From the IMG/VR virus record IMGVR_UViG_3300045988_053169, positions 1 through 38,502 of that record: a stretch of DNA of 38,502 nucleotides, one strand, 5' to 3'. The first letter of the stretch is position 1; each line of letters begins with the position of its first letter. The notes beneath the pieces are model-generated. The model was not told the DNA's origin, searched no databases, and saw nothing but the letters and a program-made list of their open reading frames with translations. Below, in pieces: positions 1-8,587 of the stretch. The position numbers and the translations under genes were made by a program. This stretch comes from a virus.

Positions 1-99
1 CTTTTTTTTGGCATGGACGACCCAGGCAAGGTAAAGTCGATCAAAATGCCGTTTGGTTACATCGGCATTGCGTGGTTTGAGGAGCTTGACCAGTTTGAC
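1..99. repeat. Terminal duplication, identical to 38404..38502. Marks a circular or circularly permuted genome, or an assembly overlap.
   Basis: Compared base by base: 99/99 identical. Confidence 0.95.
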
Positions 100-960
100 G
101 GCGAGGAGCAAATCCGCAACGTGGAGCAATCCTGCTTGCGCGGTGGTGATTGGTTTATTACCTTCAAGTCCTTCAATCCGCCCGCAATGGCGCGAAACTG
201 GGCGAACGGCTACGCGCTCAAGGCCCGCGACGGAAAGCTGGTGCATCACAGCACATACAAAACAACGCCGGTGGAGTGGCTGGGCGAACGCTTTTTGGCG
301 GATGCGGAATACTTGGAGCGCACAAACGAAACAGCATACCGGCATGAGTATTTAGGCGAGGTTGTCGGCAGCGGAACAGCCGTATTTGAAAATCTGCGAA
401 TTGAAAAAATCACCGATGAGCAGATTGCCGGCTTTGATCGTATCAAGCGCGGTGTGGACTGGGGCTGGTACCCTGACCCCTGGGCGTACAACGCAATGCA
501 CTATGACGCGGCACGACGAACACTGTACATCTTTGACGAGTTGACGCGGAGACGCACGGCCAACCGCGACACGGCGCAGCTGCTGCTGGATAGAGGTTTG
601 ACGCGAGAGGACAAGGTTTGTGCAGATAGCGCAGAGCCAAAATCCATCGCCGACTATAACAAGTACGGAGTAAAGACGTTCCCGGCCCGCAAGGGGCCAA
701 AATCCGTTCGTTACGGCACAAAATGGCTGCAAATGCTGGCGGCAATCGTGATCGACCCGGAACGTTGCCCGGACACAGCAAAAGAGTTTAGCGAGTACGA
801 GTACGAGCGCGACGCAAAGACCGGCGAGGTGCTGGAGGGGTATCCAGATATCAATAACCACCATATCGACGCAGTGCGGTATGCGATGGAGAGCACAGCG
901 GGCAAGGCCGGAGACGCGGCAGAAAAGCCGTATAAGAGCATTTTGACGCAAGGGTGGTGA
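1..960 (+). CDS. terL: Terminase large subunit, C-terminal part. The 5' part is at 38104..38403; the gene is split by linearisation of a circular sequence.
   Basis: The frame is open from base 1 (LFFGMDDPGKVKSIK...) and continues the 38104.. ORF in phase through the 99-bp duplicated end. Joined length is 419 codons, PBSX/XtmB-like. The portal gene follows. Confidence 0.9.
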   Translation, partial: LFFGMDDPGKVKSIKMPFGYIGIAWFEELDQFDGEEQIRNVEQSCLRGGDWFITFKSFNPPAMARNWANGYALKARDGKLVHHSTYKTTPVEWLGERFLADAEYLERTNETAYRHEYLGEVVGSGTAVFENLRIEKITDEQIAGFDRIKRGVDWGWYPDPWAYNAMHYDAARRTLYIFDELTRRRTANRDTAQLLLDRGLTREDKVCADSAEPKSIADYNKYGVKTFPARKGPKSVRYGTKWLQMLAAIVIDPERCPDTAKEFSEYEYERDAKTGEVLEGYPDINNHHIDAVRYAMESTAGKAGDAAEKPYKSILTQGW

Positions 961-2336
961 ATATCATCAAGTATTATCAGGACCTCTTAGAGGTGGGCGA
1001 GGACGAGCGCCAGCGGATGGATTTTGTGCTGAGCGCAATCCACGAGTATAAAAGCAGTGATGGATACCGCCTTGCGCAGGATGCGCGGCTCTACTACACC
1101 GGCGAGAATCCCACGATCAACCGGTATGAGAAAATCGTCTATGACTTCAAGGGCATGGCGCACCGGGATATGTACACAGCCAACCACAAAATTGCGTCAA
1201 AGTTCTTCGGGCGCGTGGTTGACCAAGAGGTATCGTATCTGCTGGGCAATGGCATCACGTTCAGCGAGGACAGCACAAAAGATAAATTGTGTGATTGCTT
1301 TGATGAGGATATGCAGGATGCAGCGCGCGAGGCTCTTATTAGCGGTCAAGCGTTTGTTTTTTGGAACTACGACCACACGCAGGTTTTTACCGCCGAAGAA
1401 TTTGCGCCGCTATACGACGAAGAAAACGGTGCTCTGATGGCAGGCATCCGCTTTTGGCAGATTGACGAAAGCAAGCCGCTGCGTGCTGTGCTGTATGAGG
1501 TGGATGGATACACGCAGTACATCAAGCGCAAAGACGGCGAAATGCAGGTGCAGCAGCCGAAGCGCCCGTACAAGCTCAAAGAGCGCCACAGTGAGGCGGA
1601 CGGCACAGAAATCTATGCGGGCGAGAATTACCCATCTTTCCCGGTCGTGCCGCTTCGGAACGGGAAATTCGCGCGGAGCGAGATGCAGGGCCGCCGAAAC
1701 ACAATTGACGCGCTGGATTTGGCCAGCAGCAACATGGTCAATAACGTGGACGAGGGAAACTTGATCTACTGGGTTTTGACCAACTGCGGCGGCATGGATG
1801 AGCTGGACGACGCGCAATTTATTGAGCGTCTGAAAACGACCCATGTCGCCCATGCGGACGGTGACGAGGGCGCGAAAGCAACACCTCAGAGCATAGAGGC
1901 CCCATATGCGGGCACACAGCAGACCATCGACATGCTGACAAAACGGCTGTATGACGACTTCCAGGCGTTCGACAGTTCGGCCGTGTCCGCCGGGAATCAA
2001 ACGGCGACGGCAATTAAAGCCAGCTATGTTCCGCTTGATCTCAAATGCGATAAGTTCGAGGCGTGTGTGACGCGGTGCATCAAGGGCCTTCTGGCGGTTG
2101 CTGGAATCGACGATGAGCCGACATATACACGTAGCAAAATCATCAACGCGCAAGAGGAAATGCAAACCCTGATGCTGGGAGCGGCCTACTATGATGATGA
2201 ATACATTACAAAAAAGGCGCTCACGCTGCTTGGCGATGCAGACCAGTACGAAGAGCTGATGAGGCGGAAAGCGGCGGAAGAAATCGACCAGAGTATGATG
2301 CAGCAAGAGGGGCTGATGGGCAATGCCGAAGCCTGA
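954..2336 (+). CDS. Portal protein (SPP1 gp6-like)
   Basis: 460 aa with a GTG start overlapping the terL stop. N-terminal motif YYTGENPTI. Sits between terL and the MuF gene. Confidence 0.85.
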   Translation: MVNIIKYYQDLLEVGEDERQRMDFVLSAIHEYKSSDGYRLAQDARLYYTGENPTINRYEKIVYDFKGMAHRDMYTANHKIASKFFGRVVDQEVSYLLGNGITFSEDSTKDKLCDCFDEDMQDAAREALISGQAFVFWNYDHTQVFTAEEFAPLYDEENGALMAGIRFWQIDESKPLRAVLYEVDGYTQYIKRKDGEMQVQQPKRPYKLKERHSEADGTEIYAGENYPSFPVVPLRNGKFARSEMQGRRNTIDALDLASSNMVNNVDEGNLIYWVLTNCGGMDELDDAQFIERLKTTHVAHADGDEGAKATPQSIEAPYAGTQQTIDMLTKRLYDDFQAFDSSAVSAGNQTATAIKASYVPLDLKCDKFEACVTRCIKGLLAVAGIDDEPTYTRSKIINAQEEMQTLMLGAAYYDDEYITKKALTLLGDADQYEELMRRKAAEEIDQSMMQQEGLMGNAEA

Positions 2337-3840
2337 TTATGCTCACAAGTGGACGGACAAGCAACTGTCGGCGCTGGAAAAGCGCATTGCGGCAGAGTTT
2401 AAGCAGGCGGCCGAAGAGCTGACGGACACTGTAAACGCCTTCTTTGAGGCGCTTAAAAAGCGTGACGCAGAAATGGCCGCAAAGGCCGAAGCGGGCGAAA
2501 TTACCGAGCAGGCTTACAAGCAATGGAGACTGGCCCAAATCGGGCGAGGAAAACGCTTTGAAGCCTTGCGCGATAAAGTAGCCGAGCGGTACACAAACGC
2601 GCATGAAGTGGCCGTTGCTTACGCCAACGACGCAACGCCTGGAATTTATACGTTGAATCGCAACTATGCCGCATACACGATTGAGCAAGTCAGCGACAAA
2701 GCAGATTTTACACTGTGGGATGAGCAGACGGTGCGGAGGCTGATTGAAGAGCAACCGGGCCTTATGCCGTATTATCCACCAAAGCGTGCATTAAAGCGCG
2801 GCATTGACCTGGAATATGGTAAAAAGCAAATTACAGCCAGTATAACAAGCAGTATTTTGCAGGGCAAAAGCATATCCAGGATTGCGGATGATCTGCAGCA
2901 ACGCATGGAAAACATGAGCCGGGCAAGTGCAATCAGAACGGCGAGAACATCCGTTACAGCTGCGCAGAATGCGGGAAGAATGGACAGTTACCACGCCGCT
3001 GAAAAGATGGGCATCAAGCTGAAAAAGGAATGGCTGGCCACGCTGGACGGGCGCACACGCCACGCGCACGCAATGCTGGACGGCCAGACGGCGGAAACGG
3101 ACAAGCCGTTTCATGTGGACGGCTATGAGATCATGTATCCCGGTGACACAAGCGCACCGGGATATCTTGTATATAACTGCCGCTGTACGCTTATTGCAGC
3201 GCTGGACGATGCGCCAAAAGCCCCGAACCCACTGCGGCGCGCACGTGACCCGGAAACGGGAAAGAGCATACTAATATCAGATATGACCTATGCGCAGTGG
3301 GTAAGCTGGAAGAAGTCTGAAAACCGGTATGTGTGGGATACGTACATCAAAAAAGGCAAAAAACTCTCGTCCGACCGGGCACAATGGGCGGAATACAAAA
3401 GCGTTCTGGGGAAGAATGTTCCCGGCACTCTTGATTCCTTCCAGAATCTAAAATATAATGAGCCTGAAAAGTGGGCACGGCTGAAAACGGATAAACGGCA
3501 AACGGATTTTGTAAATAATGCTCCGTGCGTTACTACACCGAAAAAATTTACGGGGTATTTCCTTAAATTTGGGGCAAAGCACGCGGATCAGTTTTTCAAT
3601 GTCGGGTATACGGAAAAGGATGTTTTGCAGCTGCGGTATGACATTGCACGGCAGTTTGACATGCAAAAAGCGCAAGATTTTAGGAAACTTCAAGATGGAA
3701 GTGAAAAGTTTTCTATGTATATGCAGCTCGGTATTGATGGAAAGGAAAAGAGTTTTTTAGTTTGCTGGATTTCCGAACCGGGCAAAGATAAGCCGAGAAT
3801 AACAACGGCGTATAGAAAGGATGTGCCTAACAATGATTAG
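2323..3840 (+). CDS. Minor head protein (MuF / SPP1 gp7 family) fused to a C-terminal add-on domain of about 190 aa
   Basis: The motif YNCRCTLIA and its position after the portal are typical of MuF. The tail contains the linker AEYKSVLGKNVPGTLDSFQNLKYNEPEKW. The terminal block KFTGYFLKFGAKHADQFFNVGY...FLVCWISEPGKDKPRITTAYR is DUF6883-like from memory. Confidence 0.8.
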   Translation: MPKPDYAHKWTDKQLSALEKRIAAEFKQAAEELTDTVNAFFEALKKRDAEMAAKAEAGEITEQAYKQWRLAQIGRGKRFEALRDKVAERYTNAHEVAVAYANDATPGIYTLNRNYAAYTIEQVSDKADFTLWDEQTVRRLIEEQPGLMPYYPPKRALKRGIDLEYGKKQITASITSSILQGKSISRIADDLQQRMENMSRASAIRTARTSVTAAQNAGRMDSYHAAEKMGIKLKKEWLATLDGRTRHAHAMLDGQTAETDKPFHVDGYEIMYPGDTSAPGYLVYNCRCTLIAALDDAPKAPNPLRRARDPETGKSILISDMTYAQWVSWKKSENRYVWDTYIKKGKKLSSDRAQWAEYKSVLGKNVPGTLDSFQNLKYNEPEKWARLKTDKRQTDFVNNAPCVTTPKKFTGYFLKFGAKHADQFFNVGYTEKDVLQLRYDIARQFDMQKAQDFRKLQDGSEKFSMYMQLGIDGKEKSFLVCWISEPGKDKPRITTAYRKDVPNND

Positions 3841-3991
3841 GGAATTTGACAAAGTTAGAATTATTGCATCTGGGAAAACAGGCGTTGTTGTCGATGTAAG
3901 GAATACAAGTGATACATATTATCTTGTTGAATTGGACGATGACAACGAGATTATTGATTGCACAAAAAGAGATATTGAAAAATACGAATAG
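3833..3991 (+). CDS. Small SH3-like (DUF4926-like) protein, 52 aa. Candidate immunity or partner protein for the MuF C-terminal domain. Not in the supplied ORF track.
   Basis: My own translation gives MIREFDKVRIIASGKTGVVVDVRNTSDTYYLVELDDDNEIIDCTKRDIEKYE. The ATG overlaps the MuF stop and the ORF lies in the same low-GC island. The AGGA is 11 nt upstream, which is weak spacing. Confidence 0.5.
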   Translation: MIREFDKVRIIASGKTGVVVDVRNTSDTYYLVELDDDNEIIDCTKRDIEKYE

Positions 3992-4067
3992 CACAAGCAA
4001 TTCCACTCAATGGAAAACCGCTATTAACCGATGGCGGCTTTTTATGCCCATTTTTAGGAGATGCGCC

Positions 4068-4466
4068 ATGAAATTAACACTTGACGATCACAGCGACGAG
4101 GTGCTTTCGGCCCTTGACGCAGCTATGGCAAGAGGGCTTGAAAAATGCGGGCTTGTGGCAGAGGGGTATGCAAAAAAGCTGTGCCCCGTTGATACCGGCA
4201 ACCTGCGCAACAGCATCACGCACACGGTAGACTCCGGCGAAAAGGCCGCCTATGTTGGCACAGACAGCGAGTATGCCGTCTATGTCGAGATGGGTACGGG
4301 CAAGTATGTGACAGGCGGTAGACCCACCCCGTGGGTTTACAAGGACGCAAAAGGCAATTGGCACATGACGCACGGTCAACGCGCACGGCCGTATATCAAG
4401 CCCGCAGTGGCAGATCACGCGCAGCAATATCAAAAAATTATCAAAAGTGAGCTGGAGGATAAATAA
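4068..4466 (+). CDS. HK97 gp10-like phage protein (neck or tail-attachment family)
   Basis: AGGAG RBS precedes the ATG at 4068. CPVDTGNLRNSI and YAVYVEMGTG are gp10-family-like motifs. Confidence 0.7.
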   Translation: MKLTLDDHSDEVLSALDAAMARGLEKCGLVAEGYAKKLCPVDTGNLRNSITHTVDSGEKAAYVGTDSEYAVYVEMGTGKYVTGGRPTPWVYKDAKGNWHMTHGQRARPYIKPAVADHAQQYQKIIKSELEDK

Positions 4467-4484
4467 TCCTTCGGCTTTTTATTT

Positions 4485-4513
4485 TGCAGCTGTTTAAGGC
4501 AGCTGCATTTTTA
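4485..4513 (+). terminator. Intrinsic terminator
   Basis: tgcagctg / cagctgca 8-bp stem, 7-nt loop, then TTTTTA. Confidence 0.6.
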
Positions 4514-4596
4514 TAAGTTTGGTAAAACGTCGAAGCACTGACGTTTGTATAAATTGCGAATGCCGAAGGACCGGCACCGAAGAAAAGGAGCAAAAG

Positions 4597-5220
4597 ATGG
4601 CAATTACTCGGAAACTGCTTAAAGGTATGGGGCTGACCGACGAGCAGCAGGACACTATCATTGAAGCCCACACCGATACCGTGAACGGCCTGAAAGCGGA
4701 CGTTGAACGCTATAAAGCTGACGCGGAGAAGCTGCCCGCCGTCCAAAAGGAACTGGATGAGATCAAGGGCAAGGGTGAAGGCGGCTATAAAGAGAAGTAC
4801 GAGGCCGAACATAAAGCCTTTGAGACTTACAAGAAGGCCGTTGACACTGAAAAGGCAACCGCCGCCAAAGAAAAGGCAGTGGAAGCCGTGTTGAAAAAAA
4901 TCGGTGTATCCGAAAAGCGCTTGCAGAGCGTGGCGAAGCTGGCAAAGGCTGACGGCCTGCTTGATACGCTGGAACTGGATGAGGACGGAGCTGTAAAAGA
5001 TGCCGACAAGCTGGAAAAGAGCCTGAAGGACGGTTACAGCGAGTACATCACCACCACCAGTACAAAGGGAGCTGACACAGCCACCCCGCCTGCCAACAGC
5101 GGCGGCGCAAAGCTGACGATGGCCGACATCTACAAAAAGGACGAAAAGGGGCGCTATGTCATGGATTATGAGGCGCGTCTGAAGGCCATTGAGGAAAACC
5201 TGAACAACCAGAACACATGA
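4597..5220 (+). CDS. Scaffolding protein
   Basis: AAGGAG RBS. The 207-aa product is acidic, K/E-rich and coiled-coil. It lies immediately upstream of the capsid gene. Confidence 0.75.
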   Translation: MAITRKLLKGMGLTDEQQDTIIEAHTDTVNGLKADVERYKADAEKLPAVQKELDEIKGKGEGGYKEKYEAEHKAFETYKKAVDTEKATAAKEKAVEAVLKKIGVSEKRLQSVAKLAKADGLLDTLELDEDGAVKDADKLEKSLKDGYSEYITTTSTKGADTATPPANSGGAKLTMADIYKKDEKGRYVMDYEARLKAIEENLNNQNT

Positions 5221-5233
5221 AAGGAGCCATGTA

Positions 5234-6172
5234 ATGGCAGCAACTAAAGTTGAAACCCTGACCACCCCCCGCGACAGTCTGCCCAATGTCTACACCAGCG
5301 TGACTGCGCGGGAACTGGACTTTGTGACCCGCTTTGCCGACAACTGGGGCGCACTGCGGGAAATCTACGGCATCATGCGGCCCATCCGCAAGCAGGCAGG
5401 CACCTCGCTGGTGTCTTACACCGCCAGCGTTGCGCTGGAGAGCGGCGCTGTGCCCGCCGGTGCTGTAATCCCCTATAGCAAGGCCACTATCACCCAGGCC
5501 ACAAAGGAAGACATCACCCTGCAAAAGTACGCAAAAGCCGTGCCCATCGAAGATGTGGACAAGTACGGCGCGACAATCGCCGTACAGAAGTCCGATGACG
5601 CTTTCCTGACAAAGCTGCAAAACGAGGTGATGAGCAAATTTTACACCTTCCTGAACACCGGCAGCCTGACCGGCGAGGCTGCCTCCTGGCAGGCCGCTCT
5701 GGCGAAGGCTCAGGGCGAGGTGCTGAACAAGTTTGCCACCATCCAGAAGGACGTGACCGAGGTGGTTGGTTTTGCCAACATTCTCGACGCTTACGACTAT
5801 CTGGGCAGCGCTCAGGTGACCGTGCAGAACGCTTTCGGCCTGACCTACATCAAGAACTTTATGGGTTATAGCACCCTGTTCCTGCTGCCCGCAACTCAGA
5901 TCGCCCGCAACAAGGTCATTGCAACCCCCGTTGAGAACATTGACCTGTATTATGTTGACCCCTCGAGCGAGTTCGCCAGCCTGGGCCTGACTTACACCGT
6001 AAGCGGTGAAACTCCCCTGATCGGCTTCCACGCACAGGGCAACTATGGCACTGCTGTGGGTGAGAGCTTTGCGGTTATGGGCATGGCGCTGTGGGCTGAG
6101 TACCTGGACGGCATTGCGGTCATCACTGTCAATCCTGCTGCAGCTAAGGCCGCCGTGAACGCCAAGGGCTGA
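5234..6172 (+). CDS. Major capsid protein
   Basis: 312 aa with a strong RBS, placed after the scaffold gene, with composition typical of HK97-fold capsids. Confidence 0.85.
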   Translation: MAATKVETLTTPRDSLPNVYTSVTARELDFVTRFADNWGALREIYGIMRPIRKQAGTSLVSYTASVALESGAVPAGAVIPYSKATITQATKEDITLQKYAKAVPIEDVDKYGATIAVQKSDDAFLTKLQNEVMSKFYTFLNTGSLTGEAASWQAALAKAQGEVLNKFATIQKDVTEVVGFANILDAYDYLGSAQVTVQNAFGLTYIKNFMGYSTLFLLPATQIARNKVIATPVENIDLYYVDPSSEFASLGLTYTVSGETPLIGFHAQGNYGTAVGESFAVMGMALWAEYLDGIAVITVNPAAAKAAVNAKG

Positions 6173-6191
6173 TAAAAGGAGGGCAGCGTAA

Positions 6192-6617
6192 ATGCTTGAA
6201 GAATTGATGCGAGAGTGCAAGAACTGGTTTGTCGTACCGGGCGGTGTGCATTTGGGCCGGTTTTCCATCGTCAAAGGCCGCATTTCGCTGCCTTTTCTTA
6301 AATCTGGCCAATACTTTTGGATTGCTGGCAGCGTGTTTAACGATGGGCTGTACCAGTACGGCAGCTGTGTGCTGCAGGATGAGGAGTTCACTGGCGCGGT
6401 GTGGGCACTTGCCGTTCCGGCCGAGTTTGTAAAGCTGGCCGAAGATGTGCAAACGTGGCGCGAAGCCAACGAAAAGGCGGCTCAAAGCCCCTACCAGAGC
6501 GAAAGTTTTGGCGGGTACAGTTACACCAAAGCAAGCGGAAACGCTGCACAAGGCGGCTCTGCGTTGAGCTGGCAAAGCGTTTTTGCCGCGCGGCTGAAGA
6601 AGTGGAGGAAGCTATGA
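6192..6617 (+). CDS. Hypothetical head-tail connector region protein
   Basis: Called on position and on translational coupling (ATGA) to the next gene. No motif recognised. Confidence 0.5.
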   Translation: MLEELMRECKNWFVVPGGVHLGRFSIVKGRISLPFLKSGQYFWIAGSVFNDGLYQYGSCVLQDEEFTGAVWALAVPAEFVKLAEDVQTWREANEKAAQSPYQSESFGGYSYTKASGNAAQGGSALSWQSVFAARLKKWRKL

Positions 6618-6973
6618 GTTTGCTTGACGATTTTGCGCGTGACTGTACGCTGCTGGACAAAACGCGCCAGCCGGACGGTGAAGGCGGTTACACAATCGCA
6701 TGGACTGACGGTGCAACGTTTAAAAACTACTTTGCGCTTGATACGAGTATGCAGGCCCGCGCCGCTGAAAAGCAGGGCGTGACAAGCGTATACTCCGGCC
6801 TTGTAGACAAAGACGTGCCCATCGAGTACGGCGACTTTTACCGCGATAACAGCACCGGCACCACATACCGAGTGACCAGCGACCCGGAAGAGAAAAAGGC
6901 CCCTGAGAGTGCATCCGCCAGTCTGCGGCGGCTTAAATTCTTCACGGCCGAAAGAAAGGACCTGCCGCAATGA
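6614..6973 (+). CDS. Head closure / head-tail adaptor protein (SPP1 gp16-like)
   Basis: 119 aa, ATGA overlap with the previous gene, size and position typical. Confidence 0.55.
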   Translation: MSLLDDFARDCTLLDKTRQPDGEGGYTIAWTDGATFKNYFALDTSMQARAAEKQGVTSVYSGLVDKDVPIEYGDFYRDNSTGTTYRVTSDPEEKKAPESASASLRRLKFFTAERKDLPQ

Positions 6974-7338
6974 CGAAAGGTGCAGCTCTACAGGCTTTTT
7001 TCTCCCGATTTATGGACGCATACGCCAGCAACGCGGTACCGGAGGACGTCACTTTCCCATACTTGACATATGACGCGGTTTTTGATGCATGGGGCGGCAG
7101 CCCTGTCTCATTGAGCGTCAATATGTGGTTTTACACCACCGGCGAAGCCGTACCGAATGCCAAAGTGCAAGAGCTTGCGGAGGCTTTGGGCATCGGTGGT
7201 GCGACTATCCAGTGTGACGATGGTTACATCTGGCTTTTACGCGGCTCCCCTTGGTGCCAGTCGCTGGCAGACGAAACGGATAGAAACATTAAACGGCGGC
7301 ACATCAACGTTACCGCCGATTTTTTATGCCCAAATTGA
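6970..7338 (+). CDS. Neck / tail completion protein
   Basis: 122 aa, overlapping start, located between the adaptor and the major tail protein. Confidence 0.5.
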   Translation: MTKGAALQAFFSRFMDAYASNAVPEDVTFPYLTYDAVFDAWGGSPVSLSVNMWFYTTGEAVPNAKVQELAEALGIGGATIQCDDGYIWLLRGSPWCQSLADETDRNIKRRHINVTADFLCPN

Positions 7339-7347
7339 GGTGATTAA

Positions 7348-7926
7348 ATGGGTAAATTTACCGTAATCCCGCAGGATACCTTTTCGGGGCTGCAGCTGGA
7401 TGCGGGTGTGCTGCTGAAAAAGTTTACTCCCGCCACGCCCGCTGCACCCGCTGACGAGGACATTATCTGCGCAACCACCGGCGGCATCAACGCCACCTGC
7501 GTGCCCACATACAGCGACCTGGGTGAGGACGTGGACAACTGCCCGGCGAACATGAAGGAATTGAAGCACCTGGACAGCTGGGAGTGCAAGATGTCCTTTA
7601 CCAGCCTGGGCCTGAGTGCGAACGCTATCAAGCTGGCTCTGGGTGCTGCAGACATCGGCGACACAACCGCCAGCAAAAAGGACATCGTGACACCCCGGCG
7701 TGACCTGAAGCAGACCGACTTTACAGACCTGTGGTGGGTAGGCGACCGTGCAGACGGCGGTTGCGTGGCAATCCAGATCAAAAATGCGCTGTCTACCGGC
7801 GGCTTTAGCCTACAAACTACCAAAAACGGCAAGGGCCAGCTCTCTGTGGAGCTGACCGGCCACGTCTCCATTGACGCGCAGGACACCATGCCGATGGTCT
7901 TTTACAGCCTTGATGCAAGTGAGTAA
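7348..7926 (+). CDS. Major tail protein
   Basis: 192 aa, immediately upstream of the chaperone pair and the tape measure gene. Confidence 0.75.
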   Translation: MGKFTVIPQDTFSGLQLDAGVLLKKFTPATPAAPADEDIICATTGGINATCVPTYSDLGEDVDNCPANMKELKHLDSWECKMSFTSLGLSANAIKLALGAADIGDTTASKKDIVTPRRDLKQTDFTDLWWVGDRADGGCVAIQIKNALSTGGFSLQTTKNGKGQLSVELTGHVSIDAQDTMPMVFYSLDASE

Positions 7927-7939
7927 GTAAGGAGTAGCT

Positions 7940-8314
7940 ATGAGGATTTTTTCGCAGTTGGGCACGGATGATGCGCTGGACGTGGCGCTGGAAATCACGG
8001 TGCCTGTAACCAACATCGTGCAAGACGAGGCGCTTGCGGCCGAGCTGAAAAAGGTGCTGCCCGCTGGCACACGCAGTGAGGCGGAAGTGATGCGCTTCGG
8101 GCTGGCCAAGATTGCCGCGCTTATGCCGATTTTGCTCAAGGCCCATCGCGCAGACGTGTACGCCATCCTTGCGCCATTTAACGGCCTGACGGCGGAAGAA
8201 ACCGGAAAGCAAAACATCATCACCACCTGCAACCAGGTGCGCAAGCTGCTGCAAGATAAGGATTTTATGGATTTTTTCGCCTCGCTGCGCAGTGCGGAGG
8301 CGCAGAGCGAGTAA
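7940..8314 (+). CDS. Tail assembly chaperone (gpG-like)
   Basis: 124 aa, acidic, located directly before the tape measure gene. Confidence 0.75.
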   Translation: MRIFSQLGTDDALDVALEITVPVTNIVQDEALAAELKKVLPAGTRSEAEVMRFGLAKIAALMPILLKAHRADVYAILAPFNGLTAEETGKQNIITTCNQVRKLLQDKDFMDFFASLRSAEAQSE

Positions 8315-8583
8315 TCCCGGCCCTGACAAAGCTGCCGAAACTGAGGGCACATGCCCTTGTGTCGGCGCTGCCGCACGTGATAAAGGCAGACATGGACGAA
8401 ATTCTCTTTCGCGTCTACATCACAGACACGGCTTTGAGCTTTATTACGGCCATGCAGCAGGGCGGCGAACTCCCCGCCCGCTACTATGATATGATTCACC
8501 CCGCGCCGGAAGAAACCCGCACAGCGGATGAAATCATCGAAAATATGCGCAAAAAACTGCGTGATGCAGGGGGAAAGGGGTGA
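7940..8583 (+). CDS. Tail assembly chaperone, -1 frameshift product (gpGT-like), join(7940..8278,8278..8583)
   Basis: The -1 frame is open from 8260 to 8583. The slippery heptamer T_TTT_TTC lies at 8272..8278. The product ends 4 nt before the tape measure start. Confidence 0.65.
8272..8311 (+). promoter_or_regulatory. Programmed -1 frameshift signal (slippery heptamer plus downstream hairpin)
   Basis: TTTTTTC at 8272..8278. Hairpin 8281..8290 / 8300..8311 has 6+4 bp with a 2-nt bulge and a 9-nt loop. Confidence 0.55.
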
Positions 8584-8587
8584 GAAA

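Noticed and set aside
1-99. The 99-bp terminal repeat as a biological direct terminal repeat or cos end.
   Set aside because: It lies in the middle of the terL coding sequence, and the PBSX-type large terminase suggests headful packaging. An assembly overlap of a circular or permuted genome is the simpler reading, but I left it as a checkable finding.
3909-4067. The upstream extension of the gp10-like ORF, and likewise the extensions at 4519..4596, 6401..6613, 14561..14647, 21616..21774, 27303..27341, 31774..31857, 32219..32545, 33639..33680 and 36354..36470.
   Set aside because: The extensions lack RBSs, overlap upstream genes or terminators, and translate to non-protein-like sequence. Internal ATGs with strong Shine-Dalgarno sites give products that begin with the conserved family N-termini.
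5159-6469. A 436-aa minus-strand ORF antisense to the major capsid gene. Similar long antisense ORFs occur at 352..951, 1410..2306, 4441..5286, 7810..8781, 12864..13706, 14675..16090, 16288..17796 and 19006..19992.
   Set aside because: They are shadow ORFs of high-GC3 plus-strand genes. Their products are R/S/P/A/C/H-rich with no motifs or RBS, and the plus-strand genes have clear family signatures and operon logic.
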